Shown: positions 38,796 through 49,667, counted from the first letter of the stretch. The stretch is DNA of 53,393 nucleotides from Candidatus Asgardarchaeum abyssi (GCA_040225955.1 JBECUL010000011.1:1-53393), one strand, 5' to 3'. A program made the numbers and translations. Notes: a model not told the origin generated them from the letters alone.

Positions 38796-39650
38796 ATGAA
38801 TACGGAATTAAAAAATGAAATATCTGCATTAATTACAATGACTAAAACTTTACTAAAGATATCAATGAGATATCCTTTAGACTTTACTGCTGGTTTCATT
38901 AGCCTGTTATTTTGGATACTTATGTTTTTCACAGCAGCTCTTGTTTTTGCTAGTCCTGAAAACTCAGCAACGAGTAGTTTCTATATAAATTCTATTACTT
39001 GGGGGATGATAATTTTCTTCTTTATCAATGATTTGGTATGGACCATGGGTGTCGGTATTAGATATGCCCAGATTACAGGTATTTTAGAACAAACATTTTT
39101 GACACCAAATAAAGAACATATATATCCTCTCTCAAGAGCCTTACGTTCTTTATTACTGACAATACCATTTAGTATTTGGGCATTACTTTTAATGGAGCTA
39201 TTAACGGGTGCTGTAAGGATAGTGAATCCGCTATTAGGAATTTATATACTCATTATATCGGCTATTATGTTTATGGGTTTTGGGTTTCTTTATGCTGGAT
39301 TAATAATTAATATAAAAAAGGCTCATACAATAACAGGGTTCTTCCAATTCATAATAATGATCTTTTGTGCAGTATTCTTTCCATTTAAAGCTCTTCCAGA
39401 ACAGTTATTAATAATTTCAAAACTCATTCCATTTTCTTATAGTGTTGACTTATTTAGGACTGTTATTAGTGGATATCAGCCAGAATTGTTTCCCGAGAAA
39501 ATAACTATTGGAATGTATTCAATTACATCATTTCAATTAGAGTTTTTAATAATACACATTTTTACTGTAGTCTTTCTGATCACGGGGTTTAAGTACTATA
39601 AGTATACAATAGAAAAAGCGAAACGAGAAGGCTCTCTTGGTCTATACTAA
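38796..39650 (+). CDS. ABC-2 type transporter permease
   Basis: GILEQTFLTP, VFFPFKALP, IPFSYSVDLFR; about 6 TM helices; paralog of the upstream gene. Confidence 0.88.
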   Translation: MNTELKNEISALITMTKTLLKISMRYPLDFTAGFISLLFWILMFFTAALVFASPENSATSSFYINSITWGMIIFFFINDLVWTMGVGIRYAQITGILEQTFLTPNKEHIYPLSRALRSLLLTIPFSIWALLLMELLTGAVRIVNPLLGIYILIISAIMFMGFGFLYAGLIINIKKAHTITGFFQFIIMIFCAVFFPFKALPEQLLIISKLIPFSYSVDLFRTVISGYQPELFPEKITIGMYSITSFQLEFLIIHIFTVVFLITGFKYYKYTIEKAKREGSLGLY

Positions 39651-39668
39651 CTAAAATTTTCACAGTTT

Positions 39669-40298
39669 TTATAACATATCAATGTAAGAAGATACCTTAC
39701 GAATTATTGTTTCTGGCCGGTTGACTCTTTTTAACTCATTTAGAAGCTTAAGGATTAATTCATTAGGCAAGGTTTTGTCATGTCGAGAAAAAAATACAAG
39801 AATGTTATTTTTATGATCATTGATAAAAGTAAATCTAAGAGGAATATTATCAATCAATAAAGTAGCTTCCATATGCTCAATACTTAAAGAGAGTATAACT
39901 CTTTCAATAATGTCCATTAAGAATGATAATATTAGCTCATTCGGACGTAAAGATGCGATGACGAGTATGTTTTTCTTTTTATTAAAAACAGCAATTCCTT
40001 TGTTTGTGTCTTTAGAGATTTTATCATGATTAATTACATATTTGATGACTTTAAAATGATGTGATACAAATAGCTTATCTACTTGAGTTATTTTTGGTTG
40101 CCCTTCTTCAAAATGAATATAAACGACCAAATCATGATTATTTGAACATTTTGCTAATATTGGCACAGGAGCTTTCATCTTATTATAATAAGTTTTAATT
40201 TTTGGCAGATTTACAAATAAATTTATTATTGGTGTTCCACAAATCGGACACGAAAATGCTGGAAGCTTGTTACTATCGCTTTTACTCATATATATCAC
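39669..40298 (-). CDS. Hypothetical protein with N-terminal Zn-binding motif
   Basis: FSCPICG..CSNNHDLVVYI (CxxC..CxxxH). Confidence 0.55.
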   Translation of the reverse strand: MIYMSKSDSNKLPAFSCPICGTPIINLFVNLPKIKTYYNKMKAPVPILAKCSNNHDLVVYIHFEEGQPKITQVDKLFVSHHFKVIKYVINHDKISKDTNKGIAVFNKKKNILVIASLRPNELILSFLMDIIERVILSLSIEHMEATLLIDNIPLRFTFINDHKNNILVFFSRHDKTLPNELILKLLNELKRVNRPETIIRKVSSYIDML

Positions 40299-41071
40299 TT
40301 GAGAAATTGATATTGTTTTTTCTTTTCCAAATATTTAATAAAAGCAGCGGCATCATCACCCATGTATATATTATTAAATAGGAAGTATACTTCTTCTATG
40401 TTAAACTCTTGCTCGAAAGTCTTTAATTTTTCTATAAGGAAATCAAAGTCTTTTACTGTATACTTATAGTTATACATCCTATTTCCAGGTGGCATTCCAT
40501 GAAGCCTAAAGTACATAATTTTATTTTCAACATGAAGTGGATCGTTTGCAAATGGATCAACTATATGAATTATTTTCAACCTTTCACAGATATCTTTAAT
40601 TATATCATCCTTCCAATCCTTTCCACGGGGTTCCCATCCTAGAATTAAACCATCACGATCAATTTGCGAGAAAAAAGTCTTCATGTTTGAGATATTATCA
40701 TCAGTCGGTTTGAAAGACGAGGGGGTTTGAAATACACAAATTTTTGACCCTAAAATCTTGCATGCTTCTTTAGTTATATTCCAAGCATCAATAACAACTT
40801 TATGATTTCTAAAATATCCTGCATTGCGCAAATCTTCATCGCTGAGAGAAATCTTTGCTTTTCTATAAGTTGGTGATGTGGATGGGTGTGTTATAATCTG
40901 CCATGCCTTAACGGAAAACTCGAAATCCTCTGGTGCTGACTCCCTCCATCTTCTTAGTGTTGTTGGCTTAGGAGGTTTATAGAATGTTTGCTGCACCTCG
41001 ACTAATTTATATTTATTAAAATATTTTGACATACCACCCGGAAAGCCACAACATCCAACTTTTATTATCAT
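40295..41071 (-). CDS. DUF72 family protein
   Basis: KVGCCGF, VEVQQTFYKPP, FSVKAW, FQTPSSF, GWEPRG, YFRLHG, FLFNN. Confidence 0.9.
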   Translation of the reverse strand: MIIKVGCCGFPGGMSKYFNKYKLVEVQQTFYKPPKPTTLRRWRESAPEDFEFSVKAWQIITHPSTSPTYRKAKISLSDEDLRNAGYFRNHKVVIDAWNITKEACKILGSKICVFQTPSSFKPTDDNISNMKTFFSQIDRDGLILGWEPRGKDWKDDIIKDICERLKIIHIVDPFANDPLHVENKIMYFRLHGMPPGNRMYNYKYTVKDFDFLIEKLKTFEQEFNIEEVYFLFNNIYMGDDAAAFIKYLEKKKQYQFLK

Positions 41072-41086
41072 TACAATCCCCTATAG

Positions 41087-41866
41087 TTATTTCTTACTAG
41101 CAGTTAAATATAAGAATATCTCACAATTTAGATTCCCTTTTCTTAGATAAATTCCAATTTTCAAGTCTATATTATTAAGCTTCTTAATTATTTTATTTGT
41201 AAGTTGAATTATTTCAGAAATGGATATCGTACTAGGAACTATAAATAGTAGGATGCCTCTTAATAAAGAGTATTTATTTAAAAATGCACAATTAATTTTT
41301 TCAATATTATTTATAACAAGCTTACTTGCTCTATAAACATCCAAACTTTGTTTCCTTGAGATATATTTCGAGAAAAAACCAATATTGGTGTTTTTATGTA
41401 ATGAGATAAAGTCAGCTAAAGTGACATCCATAAAACCAAAAGTATGTAGTGCAAAAACTATAGTATTTAAGAAAGAAAAAATAATGTTTGTAGCCTTTGT
41501 TATATTTCCATTTGTTCTAAAACAATAAAATGTAATATCCGAATAAGATTCAAGAAATTTATCATTTAATGGTTGTCCAGTGTTAGAAGTAATGAGAGCT
41601 ACAACATTACCATTTATGACTAACTTACTGCTTCTGAAAAAATGTTGAAGCAGCTCATTCTCATGTTCACTAAGAAGAATTATTGATAATACATTTTTTG
41701 AGAACACCTTTTGTAGGGATTTATCATTCTTGAGTCTAAAAATATCATCATATGAGAAAAAATAAATCTTACTTATTCTTCTTTTTAACTTATAAGATAG
41801 TAACTCCGAACTACTATCAAACGGCAGTACAATTATATTTGTATTACTGCTCATGATAGCCACCAT
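41087..41866 (-). CDS. Highly divergent FtsZ/tubulin-fold protein lacking GTP-binding glycine motifs
   Basis: KATNIIFSFLNTIVFALHTFGFMDVTLADF aligns with FtsZ H7/T7 (..GLINLDFADV). GILLF..ISISEIIQLTNKI..LKIGIYL..EIFLYLT aligns with the FtsZ C-terminal domain. No GGGTG(S/T)G. Confidence 0.55.
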   Translation of the reverse strand: MVAIMSSNTNIIVLPFDSSSELLSYKLKRRISKIYFFSYDDIFRLKNDKSLQKVFSKNVLSIILLSEHENELLQHFFRSSKLVINGNVVALITSNTGQPLNDKFLESYSDITFYCFRTNGNITKATNIIFSFLNTIVFALHTFGFMDVTLADFISLHKNTNIGFFSKYISRKQSLDVYRASKLVINNIEKINCAFLNKYSLLRGILLFIVPSTISISEIIQLTNKIIKKLNNIDLKIGIYLRKGNLNCEIFLYLTASKK

Positions 41867-41903
41867 ACTTTGAAGATATTACATTATTCGCAATATATCT
41901 ATA

Positions 41904-42683
41904 TTGGTGATATACATGTATTTTAATTCTCTCAATTGGAAAATATTCAAGTTTGAAAAAGTAACATCGACAATGGATGTTGCAAAAGATATTGCGGAAA
42001 AAATAGATCATCCAATTTTTGTTGTAACCGCACAAGCCCAAAGTCGTGGTAAAGGAAGAAAAGGGCGCTTTTGGTATTCACCAGAAGGAGGTCTTTGGGT
42101 AACTATTGTTTTACGGGGGGTTATTCCCAATACTAAAATTTTTATGATCCCCTATTTAGTAGCGGTTGCTACGGCAGAAACTATAAATTACTATTCGTGC
42201 GGTAAGAGAGTATCAATTAAATGGCCAAACGACATTCTGATCGAAGGAAAAAAGGTTGCTGGGATTCTTATAGACTCAAGGGAGTCATGTAGATGTGATT
42301 TTCAGGATGTGTTTATTGGTATTGGTATTAATATTAATAACCCAGTAGGAAATAGAAAGGATTTAAGAGATACAGCAATTTCACTTTCAGAAGTATGTAA
42401 AAAAGAATATAATATATCTGAAATTCTTGATTTTCTTCTCAAAAAGATTAATATATTACTAATTGAATTCATACGAAAAAGAAGTAAACCAGATAAACTC
42501 TTTGACCTATGGAAAAAATTTGATATTACTTTAGGAAGAAAAATTAGTGTTGATATGGAAGGTAAAAAAATTATAGGTCGTGCAGTAGATATTGATTATA
42601 ATGATGGTGGTCTCATTTTTGATATCGATGGTAACGTTATAAAAATTTATGATTATGTTTCAATTAGAATTTTAGAAGAATAA
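41904..42683 (+). CDS. birA: Biotin-[acetyl-CoA carboxylase] ligase (no HTH)
   Basis: [39 protein letters not shown]. Confidence 0.93.
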   Translation: MVIYMYFNSLNWKIFKFEKVTSTMDVAKDIAEKIDHPIFVVTAQAQSRGKGRKGRFWYSPEGGLWVTIVLRGVIPNTKIFMIPYLVAVATAETINYYSCGKRVSIKWPNDILIEGKKVAGILIDSRESCRCDFQDVFIGIGININNPVGNRKDLRDTAISLSEVCKKEYNISEILDFLLKKINILLIEFIRKRSKPDKLFDLWKKFDITLGRKISVDMEGKKIIGRAVDIDYNDGGLIFDIDGNVIKIYDYVSIRILEE

Positions 42684-42700
42684 AGCTGGTGTTACGATAT

Positions 42701-44275
42701 ATGAGTTACGAGGAAGATAGCTTTCCAACATACGAAGAACTTGTAGAAGAATTAAGAAAAAAGAAAAAAAGGGCTGAACTAGGCGGTGGTCCAGAAAAGA
42801 TTAAGATTCAGCATAAAAAAGGAAAACTGACTGCTCGAGAGAGAATAGAGCTCTTATTAGATGAGGGAAGTTTTGTTGAGCTTGATAAGTTGGTTGAAAC
42901 AAGAGTACGCTACTTTGGTCTAGAGGAAAAGAAAATCCCCGGAGATGGTGTGGTCACCGGCTATGGTACTATTGATGGTCGCTTAGTTTTCATATATTCT
43001 CAGGATTTTACCGTTATGGGTGGATCACTTGGAGAAATGATGGCAAAGAAAATAGTAAAGATTATGGATTTAGCACTTGAAGTCGGAGCACCAGTTATAG
43101 GAATAAATGACTCTGGTGGAGCAAGAATCCAAGAGGGTATCTTAAGCTTGGGAGGGTATGGAGAAATATTTTACAGAAATGTTATCGCCTCTGGCGTAAT
43201 TCCTCAGATTTCTTTGATAATGGGACCTTGCGCTGGAGGAGCTGTCTATTCTCCCGCATTAACAGATTTCATAATAATGGTTAAGAAGACAAGTTATATG
43301 TTTGTAACTGGACCGAAAGTTACGAAGGCTGCTATAGGCGAGGATGTAACTTTTGAGGAACTCGGTGGGGCTTTAGTACATGCAGAGAAAAGTGGAGTCG
43401 CTAGTTTAGTTGCTGAAAATGACGAAGAGGCTTTAGCAATGACACGTCGTCTTTTAAGTTACATACCACAAAATAACATGGAGGACCCACCAGTAGTTAA
43501 AACTCTGGATGATCCTAATAGAATGGACGAGGAATTAGATCATATTGTTCCAACAGATCCTAAGTTAAGTTATGATATGAGAGATATTATTTTGAGAATT
43601 GTAGATGATGGCGAATTTTTCGAAATTCAACCACTCTTTGCTAGGAACATAATAACTGGATTTGCTAGGCTTAACGGACACACGGTTGGAATAATAGCAA
43701 ATCAACCTAAAGTTCTAGCTGGCGCTCTTGATATAGATGCCTCTGACAAGGCTACAAGATTTGTTAGATTTTGTGATGCCTTTAATATACCAATTGTAAC
43801 ATTTGTTGATGTACCAGGATATCTTCCAGGAACCGCGCAGGAGCATGGAGGCATAATAAGGCATGGAGCTAAATTAATTTATGCTTATGCAGGAGCCACC
43901 ATTCCAAAATTAACTGTTATTGTCAGAAAAGCATACGGTGGCGCTTATATAGTTATGAACAGTAAACATTTAGGCGCAGATATAGTATATGCTTGGCCAA
44001 CTGCAGAGATAGCTGTGATGGGAGCTGAGGGAGCTGTTGAGATAATATTTAAGAGAGAATTAGAAAAGGCGGAGGACAAAGAAGCCTTTATGAGAGAAAA
44101 AATAAAAGAATACAGAGATCTTTTTGCAAATCCATATCGAGCTGCAGAGGTTGGATATGTTGATGATGTCATAGAGCCTCATGAAACTAGACCACTATTA
44201 ATAAAAGCTCTTGAAATGTTAATTAATAAAAGGAAGTCACTCCCCCCAAGAAAGCACGGGAATATGCCAATGTAG
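42701..44275 (+). CDS. Acyl-CoA carboxylase/decarboxylase carboxyltransferase subunit (PccB/MmdA-like)
   Basis: [59 protein letters not shown]. Confidence 0.94.
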   Translation: MSYEEDSFPTYEELVEELRKKKKRAELGGGPEKIKIQHKKGKLTARERIELLLDEGSFVELDKLVETRVRYFGLEEKKIPGDGVVTGYGTIDGRLVFIYSQDFTVMGGSLGEMMAKKIVKIMDLALEVGAPVIGINDSGGARIQEGILSLGGYGEIFYRNVIASGVIPQISLIMGPCAGGAVYSPALTDFIIMVKKTSYMFVTGPKVTKAAIGEDVTFEELGGALVHAEKSGVASLVAENDEEALAMTRRLLSYIPQNNMEDPPVVKTLDDPNRMDEELDHIVPTDPKLSYDMRDIILRIVDDGEFFEIQPLFARNIITGFARLNGHTVGIIANQPKVLAGALDIDASDKATRFVRFCDAFNIPIVTFVDVPGYLPGTAQEHGGIIRHGAKLIYAYAGATIPKLTVIVRKAYGGAYIVMNSKHLGADIVYAWPTAEIAVMGAEGAVEIIFKRELEKAEDKEAFMREKIKEYRDLFANPYRAAEVGYVDDVIEPHETRPLLIKALEMLINKRKSLPPRKHGNMPM

Positions 44276-44287
44276 GGGGTTTATCAT

Positions 44288-44848
44288 TTGCTTGAAAAAA
44301 CAAGATACGAATTGATTATTGATAATAATGCATATAAAGTTAAGGTGAAAAGATTATCAAAAGATAAGTTATTAATTGATTTTGGGGAAAGAAAAATAAT
44401 AGCTAAGATAAAGAGAATTGATAGTTTTGGTCATGCAATAATCAAAATTGGCGATAAGGAATATAATATAGTTCTTAATAATTTTGTTTCCGAAAGGAAC
44501 GAAACACCAAAAATCGAAGTTAATGCAAAGCCTCTTAAACTGTCAATCAGAGAGCACTTAGACATGCAAATACCACCAGAATCTGCAATGTCACCATACA
44601 TTGAGTATAAGAAGGATAAAAGTAAATTTATCCCCCTAGGAACCGTTGTTGCTCCATTTTATGGAAAACTAGTTGAGTTAAAGGTCAAAATCGGAGATAA
44701 AGTTAAAAGAGGACAAACAGTAGCTGTCATAGAAGCCATGAAAATGAGAAATGAAATTGTAGCAAAAGTGGATGGTATTGTTAGAGATATTAGGGCATCG
44801 ATAGGTAAGATTGTCAAAAAGGGAGAGCCTATAGTTACTATTAAGTAA
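44288..44848 (+). CDS. Biotin carboxyl carrier protein
   Basis: IEAMKMRNEI biotinylation motif. Confidence 0.9.
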   Translation: MLEKTRYELIIDNNAYKVKVKRLSKDKLLIDFGERKIIAKIKRIDSFGHAIIKIGDKEYNIVLNNFVSERNETPKIEVNAKPLKLSIREHLDMQIPPESAMSPYIEYKKDKSKFIPLGTVVAPFYGKLVELKVKIGDKVKRGQTVAVIEAMKMRNEIVAKVDGIVRDIRASIGKIVKKGEPIVTIK

Positions 44849-46412
44849 CATTCGTTGAGCGATAGAAGAAATTTTTCCTTTTTCCCCATCTACTTAAGTA
44901 GAAGATTTCGTATTGATTTTGCGGATATATATACCGTCTGACCTTCTTAGCTACTTGAACTGTACTGTTTGCTGTTAATTTTGAAAGATTTTTTCCTATC
45001 AAAACATTAATAGCTGCTGTTACGGCAGCAACTCTTTTTAGTTCCTCATCATATACTTCATTAAGTAAACCTCGTAAATAGTTATCTAAATATAATGTAT
45101 TATAATTACCCTTAATGAAATTCTTTTCTGAGAATATAATCTTATATAATGGTATGGTTGTTTTGATTCCTGTAATAACAAATTCGTCGAGAGCTCTTCT
45201 CATTCTATTTATTGCGGACAATCTATCAATATCCCATACCATTAACTTCGCAATTAATGGGTCATACTCAGGTGGAACTGATGCTCCTGAGCGAACTCCA
45301 GAATCCACCCGTATTCCAAAGCCTCCTGGTTCAAAGTATTCCTCAATCGTACCAGGGTTTGGCAAGAAATTATTGAATGGGTCTTCTGCATTTATTCTAC
45401 ATTCAATTGCCCACCCTCTTAAAGTTATATCACTTTGCGTGTAGCCTATTTTTTCGCCAGCTGCAATTCTGATTTGCTCTTTAATTAGATCAATACCTGT
45501 TCTTAATTCTGTGATTCCATGCTCTACTTGTATTCTAGCATTAATTTCTAAGAAATAGAACTCCCCATCTTGATATATAAACTCTATAGTACCAACGCTA
45601 TCATAATTTATTGCTTTTGCTGCTTTAACGGCATACCCTCCCATTATTGTACGTTCTTCTTCAGAAAGCGCTGGCGATGGTGATTCTTCAATTAATTTCT
45701 GATGCCTTCTTTGAATGGAACATTCTCTCTCTCCTAAGTGAACCACGTTACCATATTTGTCTGCAATAATTTGAAATTCTATATGCCTTGGACGGGTCAA
45801 GTATCTCTCTATATATATGCTGTCATCTCCAAATACATTAAACGCTTGTTTTTGAGCTTGTTTAAACATTTTCTTTAACTGCGATGGTGACCGTGCTACA
45901 TACATTCCAATGCCGCCGCCACCAGCTGCTGGTTTGAGAAGAACTGGATATCCTATTTCATTAGCCACCGCTAAAGCATCATCTAAGTCTTCTATTGGAG
46001 ATAGAGACCCCGGGACTACTGGAATATCAGCTTTTCTCATAAGTAGTTTAGCATATAATTTGTCTTTTATTTTCTTAAGGACCTCTGCTGAAGGGCCGAT
46101 GAAAGTTATTTTATTCTTTTCGCAAGCCTCTGCAAATCGATAATTTTCGGATAAGAATCCATATCCAGGATGGATGGCATCCACTCCAGCTTCATCTGCA
46201 ATATTAATTATCTTTTCAATATTTAAATAACTATCAAGTGGATCAGATTTACCAATGTAAAATGCCTCATCAGCCATTTTTACGTGTAAGGAGTACTTAT
46301 CAGCATCCGAGTATATGGCAACCGACTTTATTCCTAGTTCTCTACATGCCCTAATTATTCTAACTGCGATTTCGCCTCTATTAGCTACTAGTATTTTCTC
46401 AAAATATGTCAT
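44841..46412 (-). CDS. accC: Biotin carboxylase subunit
   Basis: KILVANRGEIAVR, HPGYGFLSEN, GGGGIGM, ERECSIQRRHQK, RIQVEH, ECRINAED; convergent with BCCP. Confidence 0.94.
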   Translation of the reverse strand: MTYFEKILVANRGEIAVRIIRACRELGIKSVAIYSDADKYSLHVKMADEAFYIGKSDPLDSYLNIEKIINIADEAGVDAIHPGYGFLSENYRFAEACEKNKITFIGPSAEVLKKIKDKLYAKLLMRKADIPVVPGSLSPIEDLDDALAVANEIGYPVLLKPAAGGGGIGMYVARSPSQLKKMFKQAQKQAFNVFGDDSIYIERYLTRPRHIEFQIIADKYGNVVHLGERECSIQRRHQKLIEESPSPALSEEERTIMGGYAVKAAKAINYDSVGTIEFIYQDGEFYFLEINARIQVEHGITELRTGIDLIKEQIRIAAGEKIGYTQSDITLRGWAIECRINAEDPFNNFLPNPGTIEEYFEPGGFGIRVDSGVRSGASVPPEYDPLIAKLMVWDIDRLSAINRMRRALDEFVITGIKTTIPLYKIIFSEKNFIKGNYNTLYLDNYLRGLLNEVYDEELKRVAAVTAAINVLIGKNLSKLTANSTVQVAKKVRRYIYPQNQYEIFYLSRWGKRKNFFYRSTNVT

Positions 46413-46505
46413 AACAGAAACACCTAATATCAAGACTTATGCACTGCTGAAAACGATGAAAACTTGAGTCAATAGGAGCTATATCAATAGATGTTGGCAA
46501 CTTCA

Positions 46506-46760
46506 TTATTTAAAAATTTTTATTTTAGGATTGGAAAATATCCTTTTAATTTTTCTTTTTAAAAGAAAAAGTTTCTCTTTATCTGCTTTTCTCCATTTTG
46601 GAAGATATATTTCAATAAGATCGCTCCTCCGATAGAGAAGGTAGCAGAAAAAACCTTTGTCGTCGTATATGAAAAATTCATTATAGTGTCTTCTTATTGA
46701 AAAACCCATACTTCTTAAGAAGCCACTCATTTGTAAAATTTGATTCAACTGAACGATCAT
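46506..46760 (-). CDS. Small hypothetical protein
   Basis: 84-aa ORF in a run of same-strand genes, 6 nt after the epimerase stop. Confidence 0.45.
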   Translation of the reverse strand: MIVQLNQILQMSGFLRSMGFSIRRHYNEFFIYDDKGFFCYLLYRRSDLIEIYLPKWRKADKEKLFLLKRKIKRIFSNPKIKIFK

Positions 46761-46766
46761 AGAAGA

Positions 46767-47708
46767 TCACTTATGTAATTTCATCCATTCAACAACTTCT
46801 TTTATACCTTTATATAATTTTACATTAGGATGGTAACCCAGAAGTTTTTTCGCTTTGTTGATATTTGCAACACTACGCTCAATATCACCAGGGCGCATAC
46901 TTTCATATATTGGCTTTAAATTAGGTTTATTTGCCGCTTTAATAATAATATTTGCTAGTTCAGATATTGATACTTCAGAGCCGCTAGCTATATTGAAAGG
47001 TTCTCCATGAACATTCTCTTTAATAGCAAGCATAGTTGCAAATACTACATCTTTTACATTAACAAAGTCCCTTGTCTGATGCCCACCGAACACAATTGGT
47101 GGCTTATCGTTTAAAACTCTGGAGACGAATATTGTGATGACTCCAGCATACGGATCGTCAGGATTTTGCCCTGGTCCATAAACATTAAAGGGTCTCAATA
47201 CAACAACTTTTAGACCATATAGATGATCATATGTCAGAGAATAATACTCGCTTGAAAGTTTACTTACTCCATATGGACTTATCGGATTTTTAGGGTGTTC
47301 TTCATCTATAGGAATATACTTTGGGTTACCATATATAGCAGCGCTAGAGAAATGTATGAACTTTGCCACATTATACTTTAGGGAGAGAGCTAAAATGTTT
47401 AGTGTTCCGATTATGTTATTTAATGCATCATAACATGGATCCTCTATAGATTTGTTAACACTAACCTGAGCTGCAGTATGAATAACTATGATTTCATCTT
47501 TCCTTGGGAATATTTCTTCTAATTTATCTTTGTCCCTTAAATCTATTTTCTTGAATTCAACATTTTCTTGAATGTCTCTTATACGATTTATATCGCCTCT
47601 AGATAAATTGTCTATTATTAGAACTTCGAAGTCATCTTCAACTAGTTTATGTGCTATATGAGATCCTATAAACCCGCAACCTCCAGTTAAAAGTACTTTC
47701 ATTATCAA
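46767..47708 (-). CDS. NAD-dependent epimerase/dehydratase (UDP-glucose 4-epimerase-like)
   Basis: TGGCGFIGSH, SSAAIYG, YGVSK, RPFNVYGP, RDFVNV. Confidence 0.92.
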   Translation of the reverse strand: MIMKVLLTGGCGFIGSHIAHKLVEDDFEVLIIDNLSRGDINRIRDIQENVEFKKIDLRDKDKLEEIFPRKDEIIVIHTAAQVSVNKSIEDPCYDALNNIIGTLNILALSLKYNVAKFIHFSSAAIYGNPKYIPIDEEHPKNPISPYGVSKLSSEYYSLTYDHLYGLKVVVLRPFNVYGPGQNPDDPYAGVITIFVSRVLNDKPPIVFGGHQTRDFVNVKDVVFATMLAIKENVHGEPFNIASGSEVSISELANIIIKAANKPNLKPIYESMRPGDIERSVANINKAKKLLGYHPNVKLYKGIKEVVEWMKLHK

Positions 47709-48346
47709 TCGCTCTCCTTTGGATATGTTTCGCGTTTTAGTATGTCAATAGGACCTTCCTTCCAATTAAAAATATTAAGATACCTATTAGAGAAGAAGAT
47801 AAAAATCCTTTTTTTCATGAATAATATTATGGCACCAGCAATTAGCGATGCAATAAAAGGCATTTGGGATATTAAAAAGTCAATAAATGTAAACACGCCT
47901 CCAGTAGAGAATGTCTCTCTTAAATAGAATATTAAAGTTATATGAGATGATAAGATTTCTGATAATACTGTAACTAACAGAATATTAGAACTTAGTCTTG
48001 TAAAGTAATCCTCTTGTATGAGATTTAAAGTATGAGTCCCATTGATAAGACCTATCAACCCATCTACTAGAGAAGTAGGATATATGGCAAATGGTAGGAA
48101 TAAAATTATCAGCACCATAGTAGCTAGTAGCGATAGAAGATATATCATCTGAGATAGTATATACTCCAGGTTTCTAAATATGACAATTGACCAAAACATA
48201 AGATAAAAGTTCACAAACATAGAAATAAAGACAACTGCAAGAAGTAGTTTTAACTTTCTTAGAAGACGTATATTTTGAGCTTTAACTTGAAGTAGAGTAT
48301 TAATTACCGCTTCCTTCGATTTCTCAAATGACACTAGTCCACTCAC
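47705..48346 (-). CDS. Hypothetical membrane protein (about 4 TM helices)
   Basis: GTG start after AGGTGA; hydrophobic segments; stop overlaps the epimerase start. Confidence 0.6.
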   Translation of the reverse strand: MSGLVSFEKSKEAVINTLLQVKAQNIRLLRKLKLLLAVVFISMFVNFYLMFWSIVIFRNLEYILSQMIYLLSLLATMVLIILFLPFAIYPTSLVDGLIGLINGTHTLNLIQEDYFTRLSSNILLVTVLSEILSSHITLIFYLRETFSTGGVFTFIDFLISQMPFIASLIAGAIILFMKKRIFIFFSNRYLNIFNWKEGPIDILKRETYPKESD

Positions 48347-48420
48347 AATAAATTCACCTAAATTATTATGCTATCTTATTACGTTTCTACACTAAAGTAA
48401 AAGAATTTTACTTTTAAAGA

Positions 48421-49572
48421 TCACTTGGAAATTATTAAAAATTCCTTGAGAATTTCATAGTAGGATTTCAATGTTTTCACTAAAGAGCTTATTTCAACAT
48501 ACTCATCATCTTTATGAGCCTTTGAGAGAGGAGCAGGACCATATATTAATGCAGGAATTCCCTTTTCGATAAACAGTCTAGCATCTGTAGCTCCAGGCAT
48601 GCCACCTATTTTTGGTGCAGTACCGGTTGCTCTGCGAATAGCATTAATTACCCGTTGAACTATCTCAGATTTCTCATCCAATTCATATGGACTTGCCTCA
48701 AGAATAACACCAGCATCTATTTTTGCATCAAAAGTTTGTTCTATGCCGCGAACTAATAAATCTATTTTTTGCTTTATTACATCATGAGTTGTTAGTGGAG
48801 TTGTTCTAATATCGACCTCGGCTTCAGCGTAATCGGCAACTATGTTTATCTTTTTTCCACCACTTATTTTTCCAATGTTAACTGTATGAAATCCTAAATA
48901 TTTATGGGGTGTATATTCAAGTTTCATGTTCTTAATGTTTTGTAATAGGGACATTAATGCTTCAATAGCATTCACTCCTTCATGTGGCATAGATCCATGA
49001 GCTGCTTTTCCAAATACCTTAAATCGATACCATAATAACCCCCGCTCACATATGAAGAGTGTGTTGTCGGTTGGTTCGGCAACCATTGCAATATCTGCTT
49101 TAATTTTCATATTATTAATAAGATATTTTGTACCCGAGCCCCCAGCCTCCTCATCTATAACCGCTGTGAAAAGTATTTTTCCACTAAACGAATCATATTC
49201 ATCTAAAAATTTCTTTATGGCTACTACCATAGCAGATAAACCACCGAGCATATCAACAGCTCCACGACCATAAACTTTATTATTTTTTATAATACCTGTG
49301 AATGGGTCTATTGTCCATCCAGATGTTGCAGGTACCACATCTAAATGCCCGTTAAGTAGAAGAATTGGACCAGGGGAATCACCACTTATCTCTAAGATCA
49401 AATTTGGTCTTTTATCTGTGACATACTCGAGTCTCGGAGTGAAACCAAATTTCTCGAGTTCTGACTTTAACATAAGTGCCGCTGATTCTTCACGCCCTGG
49501 AGGATTTTCAGGCTTAGTACGTATTAATTTCTTTAGTAAATCCAGCATGAGCTTTATTTCTGCGTCAGACAT
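48421..49572 (-). CDS. M20 family metallopeptidase/deacylase (ArgE/DapE-like)
   Basis: NGHLDVVP, GRGAVDMLGG, DEE, AEPT, GKAAHGS, AHKDDEY. Confidence 0.92.
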   Translation of the reverse strand: MSDAEIKLMLDLLKKLIRTKPENPPGREESAALMLKSELEKFGFTPRLEYVTDKRPNLILEISGDSPGPILLLNGHLDVVPATSGWTIDPFTGIIKNNKVYGRGAVDMLGGLSAMVVAIKKFLDEYDSFSGKILFTAVIDEEAGGSGTKYLINNMKIKADIAMVAEPTDNTLFICERGLLWYRFKVFGKAAHGSMPHEGVNAIEALMSLLQNIKNMKLEYTPHKYLGFHTVNIGKISGGKKINIVADYAEAEVDIRTTPLTTHDVIKQKIDLLVRGIEQTFDAKIDAGVILEASPYELDEKSEIVQRVINAIRRATGTAPKIGGMPGATDARLFIEKGIPALIYGPAPLSKAHKDDEYVEISSLVKTLKSYYEILKEFLIISK

Positions 49573-49667
49573 AAAAGTTCACCTCAAAATTACTACTACT
49601 GAATATAATATAATAGAGGTTATGAAAATTAATGTTTTAATAAAATATATCTTATTGTTATAGTCAT

